Positions 35,564 through 49,810 of a DNA stretch of 64,000 nucleotides are shown piece after piece. Each line of letters opens with the position of its first letter. The first letter of the stretch is position 1. The translations under genes were made by a program, and so were the position numbers. The notes under the pieces were generated by a model. The model made no database searches. It worked only from the letters and a program-made list of their open reading frames with translations, and was not told where the DNA came from. Origin of the DNA: Selaginella moellendorffii (taxonomy: Eukaryota > Plantae > Lycopodiophyta); the NCBI RefSeq assembly GCF_000143415.4, contig NW_003314365.1, positions 319,679 to 383,678 of the forward strand, given 5' to 3'.

Positions 35564-38500
35564 TGTAAGCCACAAATTTTTCCTTTCCAATTTGCCAGCT
35601 TACCTCATCTATCCGACCTACTCTGCCTTGGCTTGTGCTAAGTTCCCTCGCCAAGGTTCCCGCCTATGGTACCAGCTCCTACTTGGTCCTACTTGGTTTC
35701 AGCTACTTACTGCATGAGCAACGGAGTGTTAGCCATCCATCTACGGATTCCCAAATCTCTCCCAATCCCCCTCCCCGGGTTAAACTGGACTTAAGGTTCG
35801 GCTACACTCCCCGCAGGCACAAACAGCCAAGCACACCAAGCCTCCAGATTCCTAACACCCCTTCGTACCACAAGACTTGATCATGGGACCCTCTAAATCC
35901 CAAGTCTTGGGTGCAGCACTTGCTTCGGGACGTCGGGGCGAAACACCGTGGCCTAACGGCCCAGTATGGGTACCTCTACCCCCCCTCTTCCATCCCGAAG
36001 GGAAGGCCCAAGCCCCCGGAAGGGCGGGGACCAATGAGCCACAAGGTACTCAAGTGGGGCACCACTCCACCTGAGCCGGGAGCACCGCAGTCGGTTTCCC
36101 TTTCGGGAGTGGGAGCTGCTCTTGAGCACTTCCTTGGATGGCCCCTCCGGCACCAGCCAAGTCCATGCTCACTCCCACCCAAGGCCCCTTGGTCCCAGTC
36201 TCAACCTCAAGTCGGTTTGGAAGCCCAACTGGAGAGTCCCTTCAAAACTGGTTCCTGGACCTCACTATCCCTACTATACTTTTGGAACCCCCTGCAGCCC
36301 CCCCCCCCCCTGGGAGACGCACGCTTTGGGCTTTCACCCCTTGACCCGTATTAGTATTTGGACTTAGTCTCTGGCTCGATCTCGGACCCAATTTCGGATC
36401 CGACTTCGGATTCGGTCTCGGACTCGATCTCGGACTCGATCTCGGACCCGATCTCGGACCCGACCTCGGACTCGACCTCGGACTCGGTCTCGGACCCGAT
36501 TTCGGATCTCGGACTCCGTCTCGAACTCGGTCTCGAACTCGGACTCGAACTCGGTTCCCGAGTCGGTCTCGGACTCGATTCCGGACTCTATCTCGAACTC
36601 GGTCCTAGAGTCGGTCTTGGACTCGATCCTCGACTTGGTCCCATCCGATGAACTCTTTGTCATTTCGGTCAAGCTTTCGGGGATCCTTTAGCCTACGACA
36701 TCTCGGGGAGTCGGTTCCTTACAACTCCACCACCCATAGAAGAAGTTCGATGCCCACATCGAACGTCTCGTTTTATCCTACGACTTATTGACCATGTCTC
36801 CGGGGGTCTCGGACTCGATCTCGGACTCAATCTCGGACCCGATCTCGAACTTGACTTCGGACTCGACCTCGCACTCAGTCTCGGATCCGATTTGGATCTC
36901 GGATTCTGTCTCGAACTCGGTCTCCGATTCGGCCTCGGCTCGATCCCAGACTCTATCTCAAACTCGGTCTCAGAGTCGGTCTTGGACTCGATCTTCGACT
37001 CAGTCCCATCCGATGAACTCTTTGTCATTTCGGTCAAGCTTTCGGGGATCCTTTAGCCTACGACATCTCGGGGAGTTGATTCCTGACAAAGGGTTCTTAT
37101 GAACCCACCAACATAACCTCAAGGTATCACACCTTGGCACATTTGGTGTCTCCACACCATTGGCCCCACGAGCTTATCTTTATAACACTACTTATTAGTG
37201 TCTAGGTCTTTGCCAAGACCAATATGGTTGTTCCTCATGCTAACTATCTGTTAGCACTGCACCATAGTGTTTGCACCCAACTCTGGGCCAAAGTTGCTTT
37301 CTTCTAGGAACATCTTTCCCACAACTTTAGTATGGCACATTCTGCCATCAATGAGATACCTACTGTTCTCATACTTGGATCTTATGATCCTCCCCATACC
37401 TCATGGGGCACCATATACCTCAGTCCAAATACTTCAACCAATCCCTCAGGATTATTCTTTGACTCTTATTTGAGTCAGCCAGCTTTTTGGACTTTATCAA
37501 CTGACAACCTGTGAGGTCCTACCTTTAATGTGCTAGCTCACAGGAATACAACTTCTTGTATTCAGGTCCTACTCACAAGGACCATCTTTGCAAGTGTTAC
37601 TCCGACACTTGATTTGTTCTCTTGGGGCAACCTTTTGCCTCTTAGGACCACTTGTCCATGTGATGAGAATACCAACTCATCCTCTGAGTACACCCCCAAC
37701 TCCTTGGGTTGTTCCAGCATTTAATAGAGGTAGCCCCGGTTACCATTTCGAGAACTTGTGTCCTCTTCTGTATTTGACCTCCCACGGTCACCAATTCCGG
37801 TCTCAAATTTATGAGTACCAGCCTCAACTTCAAGAAGGTAATCTTGTGACTCCTTTATTGTTTTGGAGTCTGCATCTTTCCCGTGATCCCAACTATAGTT
37901 GTTTACCACAACTACATTAACCCGTTTGCTGCATCAAACACTCATTTGGATCACATCCTCAGCTCTCTGAGGAAACCCTTATACTGTTCCCAAGATCCCA
38001 AAGTCGTTCCCTTACTAGCCTCTTTTCTATCCACCATATCTCGCCGAAGTTCATGCATGAACTTGAGTGGAGAGCTATGTCCTCTCGACATGCTACTCCT
38101 CAAGGATAGGCCCACTCCTAGGACCTTCTAATGCCAATATCAATGGTGATATACTTAAGCACTAATAAAAGTTGGACTAAGGAACAACCCCGATACCAAG
38201 TTGTGAGCGACTAAATTTTCCATTCTACTTTAGTCACTTAACCACACCTCTAACCACTTGGAGGAGTCTCCTTCACAACCTACTTAAGTCCAATTCAGGA
38301 CTTGGGACCTACTAGTCCTGAGAATGGCATCCATGCCACTCATCCCTTGCACTTGGTCCAAGTGCTCCACGTGTCCAGCCCCAAGATCTACACCCAAAGG
38401 TACCACTGACATATCAGCCTATTGCACTAAGGCCATGCCCATTCACCTGTGTCGCACTGGTGGTCCAATACCACTTGCATCATAATCCCGTCTCTCCAAG

Positions 38501-38812
38501 ATTGGGTCATCCGTCCACGAGTGGTCATCCCAGATCCACTCCTTAGCATCCTTAGGATGCCTTTAGACATGGGAATAGCCTTCCCCAACATCCCTTTGTG
38601 AGTTCCTGCTAAGTCCCTCTTCCGTCCATGGCCATGTTCACCAACACTGCCACTAGATCAAGGCCTGCAAGCCCGGCCACTAAGTCCCATGGTCCTCTAT
38701 GACTTCCTCACCATGTGACTGTATCCGTAGTCACTACACTAGAGGACTGCTCCTCCTCCTTTCCCCCATTTGGGACTTTGGGACAACATTTCGGAACACC
38801 ATGGCCCTACAC
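35564..38812 (-). mobile_element. Chimeric minus-strand LTR element: 3' LTR 36723-35564, PPT 36735-36724, internal remnant, PBS and family-A LTR end at 38202
   Basis: Minus strand reads GGGTGGTGGAGT-TGTAAGG...CTTACA. PBS TGGTATC at 38198-38192 follows ...GCTCACA. An extra partial LTR copy lies at ~36808-37080. Confidence 0.7.
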
Positions 38813-39259
38813 TGCAGTGCTCCCGGTTCATGTGGAGTGGTGCCCCACTTGAGTACCTTGTGGTTCATTGGTTCTTGCCCTTCCTAGGGGCTTGGGCCTT
38901 CCCTTCGGGATGGAAGTGGGGGGGTTGAGGTACCCATATCGGGCTGTTAGGCCACGGTGTTTAACCCTAGTGTCCCAAAGCAAGTGTTGCACCCAAAGCT
39001 TGGGATTTAGAGGGTCCCATGATCAAGTCTTGTTGTACCAAGGGATGTTAGAAACCTGGAGGCTTGGTGTGCTTGGCTGCTTGTGCCTGCAGGGAGTGTA
39101 GCCAAACTTTAAGTCCAGTCTAACCCGGGAAGGGGGATTGGGAAAGATTTGGGAATCTGTGGATGAATGGCTAACACTCCGTTGCTCATGTAGTGAGTAG
39201 CTGAAACCAAGTAGGACCAAGTATGAGCTGGTAGTCCCTCAAGCAGTTCCCAAGTACAA

Positions 39260-39450
39260 ACCAAAGCTCCCACCAGTCTTCAAGGGAGTGAATGACTATA
39301 AGGTAGTGGAGGATTGGTTTTATAATATGGAGGACTACTTTCGAGTGTTACGGTTACCAAGCTCGAAGAATGTCCCATGTGCAAAACCATACTTGGCAGA
39401 TAATGCCAAGTCTTGGTGGAGAACGATAGAGGCCAACAAAGTCCATCGCC
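39260..39450 (+). pseudogene. Ty3/gypsy gag fragment
   Basis: PPVFKGVNDYKVVEDWFYNMEDYFRVL...AKPYLADNAKSWW resembles the retrotransposon gag motif. Confidence 0.7.
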
Positions 39451-39699
39451 GACAAGGAAATGACCAACGGAGTTAACCACCCTTGCTGTTTTGGGTGTCA
39501 TCCAGCTTACAAAAGTGTGATATGCCCCTGCCTGAAGGGACATAAAGAGAGAAGCCAGAGGCCCCAACCCTCCTAAGCAAAGAAACCAAACCTGTTAGTA
39601 AGGTTTAGATAGACTACTATAAATAGGCAGTTAAAGTTGTTTACATGGTCACGCCCTTTTTAAAGGAACAAGGAATATCGACAGAGAGTCGGGTGATGT

Positions 39700-42600
39700 G
39701 ACTAGTCAAGAATAACTACCCCATGACTAAAGATTTCACCATACACATAAAGTTCCAAAGCCAATCTGCCTATACTGGCCCAAATTCATAGATCAATAAA
39801 TGGACAATATCAAAGTCATAGACAATGATATCTAAGAGACTTAATTATCAATGAATAAATCTTATATTAGAACACAAAAGTACTCTAAATAAGTTATCAT
39901 CCAAAAAAAGCAATATTATAGTATAGGAACCACCAAGATCAGCATGTTTGGAAAATATAGGATTCACCATTGAACAAAATTCAATAGCCAGTGTATCATT
40001 AAGGAAACTCAATGATAAAACTTAACTATTAAATATTTCAGATAGCATGCTAAACAATTCACAAAAGACAACTTAAAAAACACAAAGTAATATTGACTGG
40101 CAAGCAAGATGCTTACGAATGTATCACCTAAAAGTAATAACATTCCATCCATCAAACCAACTGTAGCAACAATCAATAAAATAGAATGAATGCCGCATGA
40201 CCAATAAACACTCGTTCATGTCAACTATTGCACTAGTCAATCTGAATATATTCCAGTCAATAATATGAAGGAACTCAAGTTGCTTAAGCAAGCATCAGCA
40301 ACATCCTACCGATATCTCAAACCCAAGAGACCAATCCAGGGCAAATCACAAATAACATGTGATAACGTGAAAAGCCATAATGCATTAAAGAAAACAACTA
40401 ATCATCATGAAAGACCATCAATCATCCCATCAGAGATGCATAATCATTGTCAAAAAAAGAATCCACCATCCCGAAGAATGGCAAATCATTCTATATCAAC
40501 AATAATTAAACAAAACCTTTGACAAGGATAATCAACTATCCTAGATGATAGTCAATCATCACCAATGATTGCCAAATGTAAATACTAACTTCAACATTGA
40601 AGCTAATGAGATAAAAATGCCTTCCCCAACAACTTTTAACAAATGGAACAATAAACCTAAAACTCAAAAGACTAAAAGCTCGAAGAAGTCTATAGCCAAG
40701 TCTTGCCTAACAATGATCACGAGTCTCATATAAACTAACTTCAATGCTAAAAAAGAAATCATGGTACAACTCACAATATCCTCTTCAACACATCCATAAG
40801 CTAAACTTCATAATGCTAAAGCTAATGAAGAGCATATCTGTATCAACCCAAAAGCTAAACACAATGGAGTTATGCTCAACAAATGATCACTAAACGATCC
40901 TCCATGAATCCATCCATAACAAGACGTAACTCACTTCATAACAAGCACGAAAAGAATCATCAATGATAGATATATCCCAAACTCAAATCTAATAAAGACT
41001 TAAACATTCCAATATCGATCACTAACTCTTCCTCTCGTAAAGCTAGTATAGTCCACGACTAAATCACTTTTTAGGGAAAAGCTAAAGCACAACTCTTACT
41101 AAATAATCACGTCTAGAACAAAACTAACTCAACTTGCCATTTAGATAGTTTGAATACTAACATAATTGCTAATTAGCAAATGCACGAATGCCAATAACAC
41201 AAAGCCATAGTTAAATCATCAACACTATTTTCATCGAGACTAATGAAATTCAATATCATTACTATAGAGAGATATATCATTTCACTCGAATCTTTACATT
41301 AACAATGTCAACAACAAGGCATCACTTCAATGCCATCAACACTATAACAAGCTAGAAGAAAGCAAGAGTGAATCACCACCCAAACTCTCTAGTAACTAAG
41401 CTAACCAAAGTCGAAGATACTTTAGTCAGTATCAGAGACCAATCTTTCAGCAAAACTCAGTTACAGATAACACTTCCTCAAGGAGTGAATCACCACATCC
41501 AAGACTCCATGAAATCCAACACTACAGACTAAACATATCCAAATGATATCGATAGAGGTAAAGTCGACATGCTAACATGGAAAGCCTATGTAAGTTTAAC
41601 AACACGATCTCTCACAACACCATCCGGTAAAGCAAACCCATCACTAATAAATTTTTATCAAGCAAAGTAAGTGTCAATAGTCCTTGACAAAGTCTACAAG
41701 TAATCATTAATTTCCAAAGCAACTAACAATCACTTTTCAACTTGCCTTCACAAGACCCAAACACTAAACTCATATCATCTAGTTATATACTTATCCAATA
41801 TGAACGTAATACCCCAGGTATGAGATAAAGATTCATAGACAAGCACAAACTAAATGACTACTTGAATCCAACTCAACTGCAATAAGCTCACTAATGCGTT
41901 TAGCCAATAGCTTTGAGCATGCCTTGAAGAGGCTAGCTATGCATGATAACCACTCAGTCGAAACTAAAGTGAAGCCCATGAGATGGACTCATATCGATAT
42001 GCAACCTTCTCATAGACAAAGTTATAGTACAGGTACCATCATCTCAACCTTAAACAACTAAGTTGGACATCACCATCTTCAACTAAGGCATAAGACCACC
42101 AAAACCAAGTCAGGATTAGTGAGAGCTCACTATTCTCATAGAGTCTTAATAAAATGCAAGGTGCAACCTACCACCAAGCATAATGTTACAGAAGAAAGGC
42201 ACAAGGGTCACCTTTCTAGAAAAGTGTAATGAAAAATTTTCTACACTAATTCCAGACTCTATCCAACTCAATTGCCTTATCCCCAAAAGTCAGCATTCTT
42301 TTCGTGTTGCATTATACAAACTGCCTACTAAGGTTTAAGTCAACCAAAGTCAACTTTAACCTCTTCACTATTTGTATTGGCTTATGAAAATGGAATGGTT
42401 TTTGAAAAAAGTGATCAACAAATCAGCCATTGGAAAATCTTAAGAAAATATTGAATGTTCATTTATGCAATGTTCATTGTGCAATGTTCAAACGTGCAAA
42501 TGTTCATTTGTGCAATGTTCAAACGTGCAAATGTTCATTTGTGCAATGTTCATTTTGCCCATATAACCGACATCCGTAAAATGCAAAATGAACATTCAAG

Positions 42601-45104
42601 GCTTGATCACAATGACCATATTTTTAGATATCCACATTGCACTAACACTCTTCTTCAACCACCTTCAAGATCTAATGTGAAGTCAAAACACTGACAAAAA
42701 AAATGACATGAAAAATCAAGCTCTAAAGAAAATTCCTCATCACTTGAAATAATAATGCCACTTTCACTAACACAAGTGCTAGTGGTGTCAATGCCTCAAT
42801 TACACACCTTCTCCATCTAACAATTTACTCCAAATGTTAACAAATAAACCGGTGAGCTATAGCATATGAATGCGACAACCCTTTTCCAACACCCTATGGG
42901 CAAACCATCAAGGAAATAATGTACCAACTAAAGCTTAGCATAATGGACCACCATCGAGAATCTAGTCAAAACTACTACAATGCTACTATATGTCAGTATA
43001 CTAGCTTCTCCATCAGCCACTTTGGGGTTGATCATCATTTAACCAAGCAACTTTGTAAATGCATTGCTCACTATCACATGGATATGATATAGAAATCATA
43101 ATGACTTGATCATCAATTGAGAAACACCATGAGCAACACCCTATTATTACTACAAAGGTTTATATAAGTATCAAGTGCTAACTCGATTTGATAAAATGCA
43201 ACATAAATGCCACACCCCACCGATAAAGATTTACAACACTAAATACAACTAACTTTTGTTCACAACACAGATTAGCTCATGTCACTCTCTTTCCGACCAA
43301 ACTCAAAACTAATCCAACACCAAGCTACTCAAGAAGCAATGGCAAGCTTCCTTGGAAAACAATTGACAATTGCAACCCAAGTCTTCAATAGCAAGCCTAG
43401 AAAAAATGGTTTAGCGCTTCACTACTATCCATCCCACAACTCACCATTTTTAAGACCATCATTTCCAATATGCACCAAGGTAGGGAGGGATTCTTAATTG
43501 CATAATGTGAATACGGGCAATGAGTCATACCTCATTGTGAATCATCTCTCCAAGTAGAAAATATGATTTACGTGTTTGATCCTTCGTCCCTGAGAACTCT
43601 CTTTTCGGTCTCATCTTTGACTAAACCTCAAGCTTGCATTCGCATTGCATTCGGTCCAATCCAAGAAAAGTTTATGAAAGAGTGCGGCAATGACTACTTG
43701 AACAATAGACTAATCCCTACAGTCTTGATTGATCCACTTATAATCATGCCTAAGAAGGATCCACTAGTGCTATGCTAAACAGCTACAGACCAACCTATTT
43801 GCCACTCAAAGCAAACCTAGGGAAAATTTACTTTCACCCATGGTACATGGAACAACACATGGAACCATCGATAAACTAACATTAATCCTACCAACTCAAA
43901 GTGTAATCTTGAGTTACTAGTGTTCCTCACTCACAAGCCCAAGTATAGACTCATGCAAATAGAACATCTTACATCCATCCTATGAGCCCAAACTCAAGCT
44001 CACATAGTATGGAACAAAAAGATAACCAAATCCGTACCCAAGGACCAATTGTGAAGCCTTTGCACCCAAATGTGTGCCCACACGGATCATTGTTTTCATC
44101 TCTACGTATGCAACGAGACTAATTGCCCAATCTCATTGAATAGTACTCACTAAACCTTATCCTCTGATACCAAATGTAGCACACATGGTTTTTACCCTTT
44201 ATCCTATAGTGATTTACCATAGGATAACCATGAAGCGGAACCTAAACCCTTTTTGTGCCACATGATAGATTCCACATGTCACATGCCATGTGTCCAAAGG
44301 ATAGTGGTGTGGAACCCAAGTTTCAGGGCCTTGGGCCATTGAACGAAGGAACAATGTTAAACTCCCAAGCATAATGCCAAAGAGCAATGGCACTGGGGCA
44401 CGAAATGCCTCCCGAGCATATAGCCCAAGGAGCGAAGGGACAGGAGCATGGAGCGACTTCGAACAGTCCTAGAGCATCCAACATCCTAATGCCAGGACCA
44501 ACATGCAAAATGGAGCCAAATAGAGTTTGGCACTATTTTGGCATACCAGTAGTCTAATGCAAAGATATGGGTACTCCATCAGCTAGCATGGAATGGAACT
44601 TGGGCTTAGACCCAAGTCGGACACAGAACAAGGATAGACACGCAAGCGAGAGCCACTATCCCTACTATACATTTGGAACCCCCCATATCCTCCGCCCCTC
44701 CCCCCTTTGAGGAACACACGCTTTGGGCTTTCACCCCAAGCCTCCCTTAGTATCAAGAGTTAGTCTCTGGGACAAGTTTGAAACTTACTAAATATGGAAT
44801 GTCCCTAGATTGTGAATTTAGACACGGGACAAACACCATTGTGTTCAGATCAATCTCTACATTCCGTAGATATGCCAAATGAGCAAATCTCGACACTTTC
44901 CATAAATAGCATTTGGGACCGAAATGAGACTAATACAAAGGGCATGATAGCGAGGGTGTATGGCAGACACGGCAAACTATCATGTAGCAATATTGAGGGA
45001 CTAATCTCAATACACAAGGGTTCTTGTCACTAGCCAATGCAAGACATAACAAGATAGGAACTCCTTATCAAGCTAATTATGCTTAGCTAATAACACATAG
45101 GAAC
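39700..45104 (-). mobile_element. LTR family B element: 5' LTR (>45104-44175), tRNA-iMet PBS, long AT-rich non-coding interior
   Basis: Minus strand ...GTGCTACA-TT-TGGTATCAGAGG (44172-44161). Interior ~41230-43480 is homologous to 58780-59780 plus 61965-63140. Left boundary uncertain. Confidence 0.7.
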
Positions 45105-45204
45105 NNNNNNNNNNNNNNNNNNNNNNNNNNNNNNNNNNNNNNNNNNNNNNNNNNNNNNNNNNNNNNNNNNNNNNNNNNNNNNNNNNNNNNNNNNNNNNNN
45201 NNNN
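45105..45204. other. Assembly gap (100 N)
   Basis: Run of N; true distance and orientation across it are unknown. Confidence 0.99.
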
Positions 45205-46076
45205 GATCTAAGCTTTAGTGATAGCATCAGTCAATGTTGCTGGAAAATCCTTCTTGACCTTCTGCTGCACATCCACTAAGATCGATCCTTTGATGAAACA
45301 TTGAACCTTTAGTAGCTTATTATAGATGGTCATGAGACTAAGGCAAAGATCACGAAACTTGCAGGCATATGCATCCAAAGACAAAGTCCCCTACTGAATC
45401 TCTAACAACTGGTTGATAAGATCAACCTCTTCAAACTTCTTGACAAACAAAATGCAAAAAACCTTTGTCAAATTAGTTCAAGAAGTTGGCTTTGGATTAG
45501 TTTTGATGTAGTTCTTCCACCACGAAGAAGCATGACCCGTAAGCTTCATCACAAAAAAAATCAATCTTCAGCTTATCCTCACAAGGATTGTGAAATTAAC
45601 AACTTTCCTACAATTCCAACCAAGAATCAACTTTTTTAGCTATCACAAATATCTGGTGATGACTTCCATTCCATGATACTATAATCCTTGTCATGCTTGA
45701 CATACCAATGGTAATCACGGACATGAGATTGATTTAACCCTTGAGAGTCCATGCGAAGCAAGAAATCCTTAGTAAGATTGACAGAATCTTTAACCTCCCT
45801 AATATCACTCTAAACCTCAAAAATCTGGCATCCTTGCCACACAACAACATCATCAAGAGTTTCTTCCTCATCATCATGGCCATCATCATTAATGCCATAC
45901 TCCTCATTAGGATCAATATCTTGCTCATCCACCATGCCCAAAAGAATGTGCTACTCTGATACCAATGAAATGAACAAGAGAGTGAACCCTAGGCCGCCTC
46001 CCAACCCTTAAGGCATTACGGCCTTAAATCCCACAGGCCATAGAATATTCTTATAATATTCTCATGGTTCATGTCA
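45205..46076 (-). mobile_element. Ty3/gypsy chromovirus-like 5' part: 111-bp LTR (46076-45966), PBS, decayed gag
   Basis: TGACA...TTCA LTR, then TGGTATCAGAG. Colinear with 52980-53839. Confidence 0.85.
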
Positions 46077-47949
46077 CCAAAGAACTTATGTGTCACTCAA
46101 GTTATGTAGTTATTTTATATAGGATATATGTGATATATCAGCTACTCGAGCAACTTTGGGAAGGAGAGCACAACACACATATCCTGGAGCTTCCTCTTCA
46201 TAGTGGCCTTCTACAACTCAGTTCCATCATCGGTAGTATGTGATGAGTAAAAACAAATGAAATGCCTTTAAAAGAATTAAATAATAGACAGATTAATATG
46301 TTATTAATACATAATATGTACCTATGTATGTATCTCTAGCAAAGTTCTCCAGTTGAACATTGAAGCATTGTTCAAAAAAATGCAAAGAGTGAGACAAGCA
46401 TCCAGACGACCTTTGTGTTTGTGGTGCCACACAAGAGGATCTACCTCTAGAACCAAGTGACTTATGCAACCTTTCCAAGCCCCCCAACTTCGACAATGCT
46501 TGGGGGCCATAGCAATCCTTGAAAAGTGGGGAACACTATGTGTCCACATTCCAATGCCCATGGCTGTGCCAGTGAACCGTGGCCTGACATTCACCCAGTT
46601 CAAGATGCAGGCAAAAGCCTGTGCCAAGCTAACCTGTCTCAAGACAATCCTCTCTGATGTAGAAAGATGTGTAGGGTTCAATCTCAAGGAGATGCATAAC
46701 ATGGAGAAGATTGACTCACAAGACACTCGAGAGACCCAGGCTGGATACTCCACCAGTGTCTCGCAGCTGCTCTCAAATGACATAACCAACAATCTCACCT
46801 GAAGTTCATTGAGGAGGGAGTCACAAACAAGGAAGCAGGTAATGGTTTTGAAGTGAAGCGAATGTTTGAGATTGTCCAGTAGATGTAACAGACAATGACA
46901 TTATAAACGTTTGTTCACTAATTTGATGTGAGTTTTATCCAGTTAATATTGAAATGGTTATATTTTATAAGTTGAGTCTAGGTAATTACTAGAAGACAAA
47001 TCATCCCCTGGAACCAGGAGACCAAAACAATGCAATAAAAATAAAATGAAACACCACGAGGTTTTCTTGAGACCTGAGACTAGAGACCTTCTCAAAGTTG
47101 TTGAGGAGGTCCAGGATGCTGCTTGTGTTGATGCTGTCGTCCAAAAGATGCCACCACCTCCATGCACTCGAAGAGTCTGACACAAGCAAATTAGTGCTCC
47201 CCTGGAGTGGCCATCACAACTTGCAGCATCTTGCCCAGTTCCAAATGCAAGCATTGTGAGAGTGTTGGTGAGCAAGGGTATGGCCCCAGGTATGGCGTTC
47301 AAAGCCTTGATTAGTCTCATTGCCAATTGTTTAAAACACATCAGAGTATCGTGCTTGAATATTCATTGTCACTGCCCTAAACTGGCTGGCTAAAAGTAAA
47401 GGAAGGAAATATAGGTACTTGAGCTGTGTTCTATAGAGAGAGATCCCACCTTGAAGAAGTCAAGGAGCTCTTAGACAAATGCCTGCAAAGAAAGACTACT
47501 GCAAGAATGCCTGCCTTCCAACTGTGGCATCTCAAGGGTGATCCCTCCATAGACTGCAAGCCATGGAGCAGTGGCAACATACATTCGCTAACGACAGCAA
47601 CGCTATTAGCTTGCCAGTGAGTGCGACATTGGGAAGAGGCTTGCGATTAAGCTGTGGCTGGCTACAGTGGCATTGGAAGAGTCCAAGAAGCTGGAGAGTC
47701 CTGAGAGGAGATTTCTTCCTTGCTTTGTGTGAGGCATTGGAAGTTTATGCATATTTATGCCCTCATAATGAGTGAGGTCATGGCTAAAGAACACCTGCAC
47801 TCCGTGCTGCAGTACAACCCAGCTTGTTGAATCCCTCACATGCTACTTTGGTTCGTCTGTCAGGTTGGAAGGCATTTCTGCACAAATGCAAGGATGGCAA
47901 GGTGTGGATTGTAGCGCTAGTGTGGATTGTACCACTGTATCCTCCAAGG

Positions 47950-48465
47950 ATTCAACCAAGAAGTTACAAAATTACCTCTAACATCCACCACTAGAGAACA
48001 AATGATAGATAATGTGTTTGGAAAACACATACAACCAAATGATCTAGCTATTCTCATGACTTTAAATGATCTTTCTCTACAAGTGAACAACCAAGTCCTT
48101 TCGAGAATGACCAGCAGAACAATAACATATGAAGCATTGACATCATAGAAATAGATTTGGATGAAGAGATGTTGGACTACCCTGTAGAATTCTTAAACTC
48201 AGCAACACCATCTAGAATACCTTTGCACAACCTACACATAAAAATCAGATATATCATAATCTTGTTACAAAAAATTGACACTAAAAAAGGCCCCTGTAAT
48301 GGCACTAAACTAATTATAACCAAGGCAATACCAAATGTTATAGAAGCTGAAATTCTACATAATGGTATGTAAGGAGAAAAAGTCCTACCAAGAATCTCTT
48401 TAAACTGACTGATGGAGACATGCCATTTATCCTCAAATGATGACAATTCCCAATAAGACTTGTGT
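47950..48465 (+). pseudogene. Helitron PIF1-type helicase remnant
   Basis: YPVEFLNSATPSRIPLHNLHIK...GPCNGTKLII...NVIEAEI..GEKV..PRI..MPFILK**QFPIRL, with stops and frameshifts. Confidence 0.8.
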
Positions 48466-48859
48466 CTCCATAACAATCTTTTTCTACCTCCAATAGCAAG
48501 AACAAGAACTTAAAGTTCAAGATTGAGATCTAAGCAATTCATTCCAAGGTAATTTATAACAAACACAGCTTAAGACTGCTAGAGGCATGTTAAGGAACAA
48601 TAGAATCACCTTAGTTAGCAAAAGACACACACGTTCAAGTTGCTCTGAACGATCTCACTTTCAGCATTTAGAGTATGATACTTCTTGGCACTTCCCTGCA
48701 GGATATTTTCTACCAGCCTTGTTGGCCCTTGCAATTGATGTGAAAGTTGCTCCAAAGTGAACAGCAGAAAGAAACTTAAGTTCATAAATTCTTGCCAAAC
48801 CAGATGCCAAATTCTGAATTACAGTCTCTTGTGAGGGGAAATAAAGGAGCAAACAAATG

Positions 48860-49260
48860 GCTCTACCCATTCATCTCCTCAATTCTCATAATCTTATACA
48901 TATTCTTACACAGCAATTGTGTCAAAGGAATAGCCCATAAATTTGCACTGGAAACATTGGTAGTATATACCAAGGAAACTATGTAACTTTGCCACTAAAG
49001 CTGGAGTAGGCCAGTTTTCCACCATAGCCACCCTTCTTGGATTTGTCTTGACACTCTTAGATGTCATAATGTGGCCTAGATACTCCACCTTCAACTTTGC
49101 AAATTCACACTTGCTTTTCTTTATGTATGTTTGCTATCACATAGTAACAAGAGAACTTTATGTAAAATGTACCTTATGCTCTTCTATATTCTTGTTAAAT
49201 ATAAAAATATCAGCCACAAAAATCTCCAAAAACTCATATAAATATCACAAATATGATTGT
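48860..49260 (-). pseudogene. Ty3/gypsy reverse transcriptase fragment
   Basis: KKSKCEFAKLKVEYLGHI...VENWPTP...LHSFLG. Confidence 0.8.
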
Positions 49261-49269
49261 AGGTATTGA

Positions 49270-49810
49270 AAGTTACATGTTGGTATCCTTTTAGATATCC
49301 TTCTTTTACTATCACAATGGTAGGTGATCAGCATTGCTATACCCTTTATCATTCTCTTTTATGGTAGTGGAGTTAATTAGGTAGTTTGAGTGTACTTAGA
49401 CCAAAAAATAAAAACAGAATTTCTATGTGCTATTAGTTAAACATATTTAACCTAGTAAGAAGTTCCCATCTTATTATGTCTTGCACTAGTTAGTGACAAG
49501 AATCTTCACATATTGAGCTCTAATCCTTCAATATCGCTACATGATAGCTTACCATATCCACCAAGACACCCTCTCTATTGTTAATACTATTTCAATCCCA
49601 TTAATGTAGCAATATATTCTCTAGCTCCCAGCTAAACATGTCTATCCTTTTTTTGCATTTGGTTAGTGGAGTACTTATATCCTCAAGTTAAGCCATTAGT
49701 ATTTTGAAATAGTGCCAAACTCTATTTGGCTCCATTTTTGCATGTTGATTTAGGTGTTAAAATGCTAGATATTCTAGGGTTGTTCTAATATCACTTCATG
49801 CTTCTGTCCC
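49270..49810 (+). mobile_element. Older diverged family-B LTR fragment; another at ~54290-54620 (-)
   Basis: Shares TATCGCTACATGATAGCTTACC and neighbouring blocks with 24360-25190. Confidence 0.65.

Noticed and set aside
29274-37102. Long ORFs rich in SR, DS, LG or SP repeats (e.g. 32628-33731, 32803-33783, 34501-35379)
   Set aside because: Translations of stop-poor satellite arrays inside LTRs, open in several frames on both strands; not genes.
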